Shown: one piece after another, positions 47,694 to 58,206 of the stretch
How the letters are laid out: every line of letters starts with the position of its first letter
How positions within the stretch are numbered: the stretch's first letter is position 1
DNA from: Vitrella brassicaformis CCMP3155
Lineage: Eukaryota; Protista; Chromerida
DNA length: 64,000 nt
Assembly: GCA_001179505.1 (NCBI GenBank)
Contig: CDMY01000323.1
Span: forward strand, 1-64,000
Direction of reading: 5' to 3'
Made by a program: the position numbers and the translations under genes
Notes under the pieces: generated by a model
Database searches by the model: none
Seen by the model: only the letters and a program-made list of their open reading frames with translations
Told to the model about the DNA's origin: nothing

Positions 47694-48333
47694 TTACTGC
47701 CGGAATAGTATGCCGTCAGTTTGTAGCTTTTCCAGTCTTGCTCTGACAGCAGATAATCGCTCGAGAGAAGCCTTCACCTCACTGACCGAGAGAGCATCAC
47801 ACGCACTCGAATGATCGGTCGTATGACTCGGGCCTGTGCTGCTGTGTGTGTATGTACGTACCTGGTGAGTCTGTCGAGTTTGGCTGTGAGGAAGGCCACA
47901 GCCTCGGACAACGAGAACTCCAGGAAGACGTCCAGACCGACATCGACCCATACACGCGACACACTTGGCCTGCACGGACGCACATCAATGGCAGGTAGGC
48001 AGAGCATCCTTGTTGTGTTCCCAGTCAGCTGCAGTTTGTGCGTGCGTACACGTGTGCGTGAGCAGATACGTCCGCGCCCAGCGGTGCAAGCAGAGTCAGC
48101 TCCTGGATATTCCCCGACACTAGATACTGTATCCTCTCGAGAAGACCGCTGCTGCAGACATTCATCGTCCCTCTCACGAAACGCTGACATTGCACGGCGT
48201 TCGTCACCATCGCCTACCAATCTGTCTGCTTCTTAATGTGGCGCCTGAGCGATTCTTCTTCTTCGCGCACGTGTTTCCTCAACGATGCAGCGACGCCACG
48301 CTCCAATTCCACCAGACGAGGCTCGACAGCCAT
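47694..48333 (-). CDS. UXT: UXT-like alpha-type prefoldin subunit
   Basis: Spliced ..SGNIQELTLLAPLGADVSAHAHV|PSVSRVWVDVGLDVFLEFSLSEAVAFLTAK matches the alpha-prefoldin beta-hairpin (L.LG..V...A.VP....IFVD.GLG...EF...EA), flanked by coiled coils; last exon uncertain. Confidence 0.8.
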
Positions 48334-48897
48334 GGACCGCGAGTGCCTGCCTGCCCTTCGGGCATGAGGATGATCTGCGGAACGCGCAGGAGACTAGGGC
48401 CCCTTATAACCGTTTGAAGAGCGCCTCTCTGCGGGACGGCGGGTGAGACCATTCAACCCTTTCGGTCGCCGACGGTCGGTAGAAGGACAACTCCCCTACG
48501 TGACTCACAAGGGCTTTCGGTTCGGTGCGGATCTCAGGTAGACAAGCGCCAGGGAAAGACCGTAATGTGATGATGTTCTCCGGTATTGATGCTCAGATCT
48601 GCAGACGAAGACAAGAATACAGCCATTGGGCGTCCCCAGATGCCTTGATGCCTCACAGAAGGCTATCTATAGGCAATCGACAGGCTTTTTCCCCTTACTT
48701 CACCCGCATCAGTCACTCTCGTCCTCTCTTTTCGGTACGCACCTCCTGCTGCAGGTTGAACCTTCCTTGTGGATTCGGTTCGGCAGGCAACCCTGGAGGT
48801 GGGTGGCGAAAATTGCTCTCAGAGGGCTATTTCGGTTCGGTAATCCGGGAGGTTGTTTGACTCTACCTCATCCGCCGTGAGGGGGTCTCTGCGCAGA

Positions 48898-49387
48898 ATG
48901 ACGGACAGCTTAAACTATCCGGCGCCAGGGTCACTGGTCCGCATCAAGCTTGAGAATGTCCGCTACTTCCGCTTCCATGACGATACCGTCACATTCACTA
49001 TGTACCCGTCAACACTAATTGATGAGGGCAAGTTCAAGACCGTCGGTGACGTCAGGCGCTTTCTGAACATCGGGCGCCGGGGGCTTCTGCTCGCTGGTTA
49101 CGACGATGTGGACGACAGCACCCTCATTGGCGACAAGTACGCACAGACAGACACCGACTGACACGCTGGACACAGTGACTGTGCGTGCGACTTGACTGGT
49201 GTGCATGCACAGAGGCAAAACTGAGGCTGATCCGTTCCTCCTCCGGGAAGCTGAGGGAGGCGTTCATCTAGTCGAGGAGCCCGAGTCCGGCGAACAGAAT
49301 GGACATAATGCCCCACAAGCCTTGCCCCACATGCGGTATCGCGACAAGCAGCCTTACTGTCGCATCCCAGATGGCGACGCTAAATAG
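48898..49387 (+). CDS. Small two-exon protein with possible ubiquitin-like fold
   Basis: VRIKLENV..TVTFTMYP..TVGDVRRFL..GLLLAGYDDVDDSTLIGD follows Ubl secondary-structure order; joins ORF 49199-49387 across a (GACA)-containing intron. Confidence 0.45.
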
Positions 49388-49717
49388 AAAACGGCCAAGC
49401 GATCGTACGAAGGGCAGCTGCTTTGTCGCGCATACACACGTATGTGATTTCCAGTTGACTGTTTCTTTTCACGATAGTTACGGACCTGAGGAGTGGGGCG
49501 CATCATCGCCGTCTTAGGACATTTCGTAAAACCGCTCCCCCCTGACGCGAGGCTCGAAGAGAGACCCCCTGACGCGAGTCTCGAAGAGAGAGATCCAGAA
49601 GAGGAGAGGTGGAGAGAGAGAGGCTCAGTGAGTCCGTCGGTGCACGGCGCAGCAATAACAGCATTTGGTCACGGTCCCAGGGCAGAAGAAGGACCAGGCG
49701 GCTTGAACTTGAAGAAA

Positions 49718-50499
49718 ATGGCCGTCTGCGTCACCCTTCTCTCCGGCGGCCTGTGCATCTTTCTCCCCCGGATCTTTGCCGCCTCTACCCTGACTGGCAG
49801 CCCCTCATACGTCAACGCCTCATCGGTAAGGAAGCAAGCAAGCAAACCTGCCATACGACACCGCCCAAAGGCCACGACAAATCCCTCCCTGTGGCGACCG
49901 TGTATGTGCAGGTCCGCCGCGCTTTGCGGTCTCACCCCGTTGCCGAGCAGCAGTATGACGCCAAGGACGGATCCCTCGGCCTCCATTCGGGTCGCAACCT
50001 CCCCTCTGAGGAAAGCTCTCTCGGCGCTGTCCGTCTGGATTACCGTCGGTACCAGTCTCTGAGGAGGCGCACTGAACGACGCGACGAGCCGTCTGCCTCA
50101 TATGAGACCGGCCATGACAAGACCGAAACAACGATTTTGGTGTGGAGCGTGTGGAGCGCGATTCTGGTGGTTTTCTGTCTCTGCGCCTGGTGGTTTTGGA
50201 AGAAGTCTCGTTCAATGGTCGCTAACGCCCACCGAGAGCAAAACCGAATGCAGCAGCCACCAGTAAGACCAGCAGCAGCAGCAGCAGCAGAGCCGTCGGC
50301 AGCACCCGCATCCCCCGTCGCATCTCAGCCGGAGAGGGAACCACCGGCTGCGTTTTCGCGACAGGGATCACTTGTCCGCAGCCTATCTACGGCAACTGGA
50401 GAGCCCGAGCACGAGCCTCCCCGTGATGTGGCGAGTACTGTCGGCAGTCGTCCGCACACGCCAACAGGGAATGTGAGAATGAATTCCATTCGTGTGTGA
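49718..50499 (+). CDS. Two-exon single-pass type I membrane protein
   Basis: Signal peptide MAVCVTLLSGGLCIFLPRIFA; phase-0 intron GTAAG..GTGCAG; TM ILVWSVWSAILVVFCLCAWWFW followed by KK. Confidence 0.7.
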
Positions 50500-51263
50500 G
50501 TGGGCAGTGTGTGGCGGTGGGCGGGGTTTTGATGTGCACACGTGTACAGTGCATGCATGTAATTTGTGGGTGCAATCGGCTTTGTGTTGTAATCTGCTCT
50601 CTCTCTCTGCTTTCTGTCGTGTGGGTGCCTAAATGTACATCACACGTACTGTACGTCCACGCGCAGATGGCTGCCGCCTTTTTGTGCATAGCCTCGTGCA
50701 TGGTGCGGCAGTGGTGTGCTGTGCTGTGCTGTGCTGTGGCGTGGCGGGACGGGTGTCTTACTAAGGATGGATTGTACCTCTGTGTGTACCTACGGACGTA
50801 TACAACCCGGACCAGACGGGAGATGTCTATTGACACACCGCGACCGACGCTTTATCCATCAATGCATCAATTAGTGAATCAACAGATAATGCAGTCGTCA
50901 TGCCCCAGACGAGCGGTAGCGGTATCAGCTGCTATAGCCCTAGGACGAGAACATGGCGCAAAAACGGATCCACGTTCGTCTTCATCCATTTCTGGTGCCG
51001 GTCGAGTGGCGTGGACAACCGTGGGAACAATCAGATGCCCGTCTCTTTCTTGTCGAATGATGGATGGATGGATGGATCCATCAATTGTCAAGACTGAATC
51101 AGAATCAGGTCACGCATCGTGTGCATTCACTCGTCAGCATCAATCAATCAATCAATCAATCATCGAATCGATCAGCATCCCGCACAAAGCCGACCAACCC
51201 ACCCACGCTCATGCCTGGTGAGTGGCGAACTGATCCGCTGCATGGGCAGCCAGTCACACACAG

Positions 51264-54200
51264 TCAGTCGGCATCGCCCCTGCCGGACTGTCCGGCCCTC
51301 AACCTGGCGAGTGCGCCCTGCCCGCCTGGCCCGCCCTTCCCCCCACCAGCCCCAGCGCCCCCCATCATTTTCTCCCTCTGTTTCTCTCTCTCCTGCTCCG
51401 CCAGGCGTTCCTTCTCTTCCTTGTCGAGTCGCTTCTTTGCCTCTTTCTCGAGCTCTCTCTCAATGGCCTTTTGTTCGGCGGCCTGCTCGCCCAGCGAACC
51501 GAAGACCTCCGCCGGCACAGAGGCCTCCAGGTCCATCTCGATGTCAATCTCCTCGCCTGTTGGTTGGTGCACGGATGTGTGTGTGTGTGTTGGTTTGGTC
51601 GTGCTGCGTAGCAGACCTGTTGGCTTCGGTTTGGTGGGTGCGGTGGGTGCTGGTGGCTGTTCGGCGGCCTCTTCGCCGACCATTGCAGCGTCCCTGAGTG
51701 AACGAACGAGGGAAGGGGGAGAATTTCAGACAGACAGACAGACAGGCAGGCAGACAGTGTGCGGGTGGGTGGATTGTGTTACGGGTGCGTAGTTACGGGT
51801 GCGTACCTGTAGTATCCCAAGCCATGGGGTCCCATCTTGAAAATGTAACCCAATCGACCGCCCTAATCAATCAAATGACATTGATGGAGGGATGAACACA
51901 CAACCCAGAAAGAGACACGGAATGTTGTGTGGCAATCCTTCTGTTGTCCTTCTGCTGTTTACCGGTCAACTGACCTGGAATGCGTCTGTTTGTATGAATG
52001 GCGGCCCCCCAGCGACGGCTCTCTTCGCCTCGTCCACACGCCTCTTTTCTTGAAGCTGATCGATTCACACCACCACGGAGGGAGGGAGGGATACAATACA
52101 CAAGACGACACCCACATGCACATCAATGAATGGCGTGAGGTCATTTGTTTGGCTTCGGTTGTCTGGCTGGCAAGGTCACACTCAGCGCACCTTTCTGTAC
52201 TCTTCCTGCGCTGCGGCGATGTCGGCCTCCTCCTGAACAAACGAAAGAACGACGAACGAAGAACGACAGACAGACAGACAGACAGACAGACGTGAGTTCG
52301 TGTCGGGGTGCAGTCCATCCATCCGTCCATGCGTGTGGCACCCACCTGTGTCTTCCTCTTCTTTTGAACCTCGAAGTCGGCCTCCTCTGCGCGACGCCTC
52401 TTGACCTCCTCCTGCCGCACGCACATACACACGACACACGACACACAACACACAACACATTGAAAATACATCCATCCATCCATCCACGTGATACACGTCG
52501 ATAAAGCCATCCGCACCTGCTGCTTGAGTTCTGCCTCTGCTGCTGCCATTGGGTCGAGGGGCAGCTGTGGGGCCGCCTCAGCGACGATGTCGGCCACATT
52601 GAAGTGAACCTGTGCGTAGATGGCCTGCACACTCCGCTTGACGCGCAGCATGTCCCTGAAGGTGTCCTCATTGCCGTGAGCCACCTCAAACTCACGCCAC
52701 TCCTGCACACATGGGGAGGGAGGGAGGGAGGGAGGGAGGGAGGAAGGGAGGAGTGTATCTCTGTGATGCATTTGGGTTTGGTGTTTTGTGTGTGGCTCAC
52801 CTTCCAGAACTCGGCTTCCTTTCTGGGGTCGCAGAACTGCGAAGTGTGTTTGTATATCTCTCGGGCGCGGTCGATCTCGCCGAGACTCTTCTCCAATGTG
52901 GCGAACTTCAAACACATCATGATCACCTGAGAGACGGATGGATGGATGGGTGGATGGCACAGAGGTAGCACACATGTCGGTCGGTCTGTCTCCCTGTGTG
53001 CTGTGCTAGGTATGGACATTGGCTTCCTTCACGTACCTCTTTGTCTTCCAGTTCTTCGACCGCCTTTTCGTATATCTTGCGGGTCTTGGTGACGCCAAAC
53101 AGCTCAGCCGTCTGCTCACAGTGCACACACAAGTGAATGCGACGACGGATGGATGGGTTGATTGATGGATGGATGGATCAGTGGATGGTGGGTGACCTTG
53201 GCGATGTAGAGGAGGTAGAGTGTGTATTTGTCTGCCTTGGCGGCACTGAGGCAGGCCCGCTCATAGAGGGCCAGTGCGTGCCGTGCCAGGCCGTACTCCT
53301 CCTCTAGTCGCGCGTACAGCAGATACAGACCCTTCGAGTACTTGGGGGGCGCATCGGACACAGCCTGCATCAATCCAATAAATGGATGGATACATGGATG
53401 CATGGACACATCAACACACACACACAGGGAGAAGGAGAGTGAGAGGGGAAGGAAAGACCACATGTGTGTGCCCATCAGGCGTACCTGTTCGAAAAGATCC
53501 CGCGCCCTCTCGAGTTTTTTGCCGCCATATCGTGCGACGAATTTCGTGAGGTAGAAGAGCCATATGTCGTGGACGTGCGGCCACTTGAAGAGATTCACGC
53601 CCTTCTCGTACACGCGGAACGACTCCTCGTAGAACCGCATCTCCTGACGGACAGATAGCACACACAGACACGCGAATGGATGGATGGATGGCTTACATTC
53701 ATTCCTTTGCTTGACTGATTGATTGCTGACCTCTAGGTAGTGTGCGTAATTGATGATGAGTTGTGGAGTGGCCACCTTGAGCTCAATCATCTTGTCGTAA
53801 CACGCCCGTGTCGTCTCGAGCGTACCGAAGTTCTCCTCCTGCACACAAACACACAGTGGGAGGGAGGGAGGGACGGAGGGAGGGTGTGTGTCATCCATCC
53901 ATTTGTGGGTGCACTGAGCTCCCCTGCCCACTGGTTTACCAGGTCGGCGCACAATGCCCACACCTTGACGGATCTGTACAGCCGGGCCTGCACAGAGTCC
54001 TTCGGCGCATTGCGGGGCCGATTGATGGCCTGGCGCGCCACCTGATGCACACACAGGCCACGCACAGCATGCATCTATCTGTCCATCCATCCATCCATCC
54101 ATTCTCTCCCGTATGTGTGCACCTCGAGTGCCTTGTCGAAGTGTTTGTGCTTGATTTCCATCTCAGCCCAGTGGCACCAGATGGTGGCCAGGTCGTCGAC

Positions 54201-56165
54201 CCCCCTGAAGTTGACGTGCGTGGCCTTCTCCAAGATCACACGAGCGTTGTCGAGGTCATCGTGCGTCTCGTAGTAGCCGGCGAAGCGAATCCACAGGAGG
54301 TGCAGCTTGCCCACGGCCCGCTGTGGGTCGATCGTCATGACGGCCTCAGTGAACGCGCGGATCACCTGCACACATACACGTACACAGACAGACAGAGAGA
54401 CAGACATACACAGGGAGGGAGAAGGCATTTCTTTGTCTATTCGAGCGGTGGCATATGTGTGTATATTGTTGTGTGTGGTTTGTGTACGCGCTCCGGCTCT
54501 TCGTGGTAGATTTTGACGCGATTGAGCCACTCGTGCACACTGTGGGGGTTCTGGCGCAGCTTGACCGATGACACCAACTCGGGACGCCTGCATGAACAAA
54601 CACCAGATGAGTTTGCGTGCTCATGTATGTATGTGACTTGTGTATTGTGGGCGGCTGTTTCTTCGGCTCACTTGGCCAGGAGATGGTCGAGGCGCGCCAT
54701 GAGAAAGTCGACCTCTTCCCCCGCACCCCTGCTCACACACAGAGGGACACACAGGAGGACACACAACACAACACGCATGTAGACAGACCCATCGATGGAA
54801 ACTTCGAGTGGGGGGTGTTGGGTGTTGGGTTTTCACTTACCCGTCCTGCTGTTCACTGTCTTGTGGGTCACTGTCGACTTTGTTAGTGATGAGGGCCTCC
54901 TCAAAGTTGGTGTAGGCGTCAAACACCAAGGCGAAGTCATGCATTGTCGTCACCTCACACAAGGCCTCCTGAACGAACGCACCAGAATACATCCGTACAT
55001 GAGTCGAGCACATACACAGACAACATGGTGTATGTGTACTCATCTGACATGACACGCACGAACCTCGTAGACGTCCCGGGCCTTCTCGAGGTGACCCAGA
55101 CGGATGAAATGGTCGGCCAGCGAGCACCACAACCGGCCAACCTGCACACAACACAACACAACGCAATGTTGTAGAAATGACAAGTCTGGTTGTGTGTCTC
55201 TTGTGGTGACCTCGTCAGTGAATCGCTTGAGTCCGCTGCGAATGACGGGTTCTATTGCCAGCGATTTGATCTCCTTCGGGTGCTTGGTTATCAAGTCACA
55301 CAGGTCCATCCTACACACCCACAACACAACACACCAATGAATGTAACTGCAGTATGTGACCGCATTCGTGTGCGCACCAGAGCTGGTGGTTGGTTTTGCC
55401 CTCCATCGACGTGAAGCCCTCGTCGTTGACGACCTTGGCGAGCAGCCGTGCGGCCTCGTCAAAGTGGCCGACCGATATGAGGTAGGCGATGTAGGTCTCA
55501 ATGTGGTCGGGCTCCAGCATCAGGTAACGGCGGAACACACACACGGCCGACTCTATCACGCCCACGTCCTTGATGAAGTCGATGTACCGCTCCCAGATCC
55601 GGTCATGCTGCACACGTCAACAAACAGATCACGCAGACACCCACACGTGCAGACATGAGTCAATCCACTCATACGCCCTCTCTCCCTCCCTCCCTCCCTC
55701 CCTCCCTCCCTCTCCCTCTCTCTCTCTTTCTCGTACCTGTGTGATTGGGAGTGCCCTGAGTGCTCGGTCGTAAGTGCGCCTCGTGCGCGTGACGAGTTTC
55801 TGTTTGCGGAGGAAGTCGGTGTACTCGATCCAGATCTTGGGCATCTTGTTGAGGAAGACCAGGGCCCTCTCGAAGCACACGTTGACGCGTTCGTACCCCG
55901 GGTCGGTGATGCAGTTGGCCTTGACCTGCTCCATGCGCTCGCCCAGATAGACCCTCCACAGCTTGTATGAGCCAGGGAGCGACTGCAAGGCCCGCTCATA
56001 GTAGAAGTTGCGCAGCTTTGGGGGTGCGCGTGTCTTGGAGTTGAGGTACGCCCACCACACCTTGACCGAATACGGGTTGCGCGTCAGCTCCTCCTCGTAC
56101 GCTACGTCGGTCTCCTTGATGATATCGTCGGCCAAACTTCCCCAAACCGATGAGAAAGCCGCCAT
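51264..56165 (-). CDS. SYF1: Pre-mRNA splicing factor SYF1/XAB2 (HAT repeats), about 17-18 exons
   Basis: [52 protein letters not shown]; [26 protein letters not shown]; [25 protein letters not shown]; [21 protein letters not shown]; [19 protein letters not shown]. Confidence 0.97.
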
Positions 56166-56586
56166 CCTCAATTGACGACAGCTGATAAGATAGACCAATC
56201 AGCGGGTAATGGAAGCTCAGCGGACTTGACTGACTCTTCTCAGCAGTGCAGCAACCAGATCAAGCCGATGGACAGATCTAAGGCTGCACACCTTCTGCAA
56301 GTACATGCCCCGTCCATTCACGGCCTTTCAACCTCTCCTTCTCCCCCTCTTTCCGGAGCTCGCCAAATTGTAGCTCGCACAAACAACCGTGAAACCGCTC
56401 TCAATCTCTTCCCCAAGAGAGTTGCTTCCGCGGAGGTGAAGGGTCGAGGCCAAGTTGAAGCAGGTGCATTGTGACCGACCGTCTTCAGTTCGCCAAGGAC
56501 TTCCGGAAGCTTCTCACAACGAGGTGCACAGACAGATGCGTATGGTGTGGCAATACGGTGGTGAAATCTGTGTGGTATGATGTGTC

Positions 56587-57783
56587 GTGCAGCAGCGAGT
56601 GAAAATGGGCAGCTGTTCTTCATCCACAGGCAAGGCAGGTCCGCCATGGCAGCCGGCATCGATCAACTATTCCAAGCCGCTCCCCATCGACCGCCCGCCA
56701 GTCCGCCCATCGACCTTCCACCCCTTAGACGCACGACTCTACCGCCGAATCGCCATCGAATACTGCGACCTCAAGAGTGTTCTGGCTTTGAGGGCGACAA
56801 ACAAGACAGAAGGAGCAACAATTATCAGCCTCACGGCGCTATTGGACCGCTTGAATGGCCTGCTGGTGGCAGAGGACATCTCTGGCCTGATCGACGTCGA
56901 GCAGCATGAGTCTGCTATGCCTGGCGGGATGTGGCTGTTCGACTACGTAGCAAGAGCAACTTATCTGATGGAGCATCGTGGGCAGTGGCGGAAGTGGAAG
57001 ACCAGCATCTATTTGGCAAAGTCCAGCGGCCTCGTAGCTCGCCTCCCCATCACTCTCGACCCCGCGGCGATGCAATCTAACTTCCCCTCCAGAACAGACT
57101 ATCATGAAATGCCGCCGGCCATCGCGCAGTACGCGTCGTTTGGCAGCCGGATCGGCCAGGGCGACGGAAGCATGGCTCTAATAAGGGAGGAGGGTCTGGG
57201 CGAGTGGTACAGGATCGGCAACGGCGAGCACCGCTTCCGCACTGTGATGCGTTCAGATTTGCCGGGACGCCACCTGTACAGGCTCACCTATGACGAGAGT
57301 GACCCGGTTATACGACGAGACGACGACCTCTTCCCATCCTTCTCCGGCTACGTCATCGAGCGCATCCTCGAGCAGGGGATGGCTCCAATGGTGGCTTCAG
57401 CAACCATCATGCGGAGCGACAGCCGCTACGGCTCTGTCCGTCGTTTGCTCGCAGCCTCTATTCAAGGACACTGTGCGGTCGGGCACCGAATTGATGGCGG
57501 TAACGCGTTCACAGCCTCCGTGGCTGCCGATGGTTTCGGGCAGCATCGGTTCATCGTGGTGTCGGGTGACCGGTGGAACGACGGCTTCCTGGCCTATGTG
57601 GATGTTCACGTTTTCTCGCCGCGCACGGGGTGCCTCGTGCGGCTCTTCACCAACGAGGGGCGTGTAGAGGGGCAGGAGGGGCGGGACGGTGTGCCTGCGA
57701 CCGTGAGCAAGGCCCGCAGCGTGCTGCAGGCGGTTGGCGTCGACTTTGACGCACTTGGCTGCGGTTTTCGACAGGTGTACTAA
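56587..57783 (+). CDS. Intronless F-box-like family, divergent copy 3 (first ATG at 56605), head-to-head with SYF1
   Basis: LDARLYRRIAIEYCDLKSVLALRATNK; GLIDV; YRIG..FR.V..DLP..H.Y..YDESDPVI..FPSFSGY; IVVSG; FTNE align with 473-1780. Confidence 0.8.
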   Translation: MQQRVKMGSCSSSTGKAGPPWQPASINYSKPLPIDRPPVRPSTFHPLDARLYRRIAIEYCDLKSVLALRATNKTEGATIISLTALLDRLNGLLVAEDISGLIDVEQHESAMPGGMWLFDYVARATYLMEHRGQWRKWKTSIYLAKSSGLVARLPITLDPAAMQSNFPSRTDYHEMPPAIAQYASFGSRIGQGDGSMALIREEGLGEWYRIGNGEHRFRTVMRSDLPGRHLYRLTYDESDPVIRRDDDLFPSFSGYVIERILEQGMAPMVASATIMRSDSRYGSVRRLLAASIQGHCAVGHRIDGGNAFTASVAADGFGQHRFIVVSGDRWNDGFLAYVDVHVFSPRTGCLVRLFTNEGRVEGQEGRDGVPATVSKARSVLQAVGVDFDALGCGFRQVY

Positions 57784-58206
57784 TGATGAGGCGGGTGCAT
57801 GGAGGTACTGAACTGTGGTGATCGGACTGTGCAATTACTTGTGTGTAGAAAGCATTCATCAGTCACTTGAGGAAAAAAAAAAAGAGCGAGAGTGGGGAGC
57901 GAGACGCACCGGGTCTGTAAATGTGTCTGGTGCCTGCTGCCTGCCTGCGCGTCTACGTTTGTGTGTATCTGTCGTGTCTATGGATGAACGGAGAGATGTC
58001 ATGATGTTGTCGGCCCTGTCTGCCGGTCTGGATGGATGTATGTGCGTGCATGATTTTATTCATGTGTTGTGGCTGATGCATGGGTGGAAATACATTGACT
58101 CACAGCGCGACGGCAGGCAATGGTCTCATGGTGTATGGATGTGTGCGCAAGATCTGATGTGGGTTAGGGCGTCCGTTGAACTTCAAGATGCTTCAAAACT
58201 CTGCCG

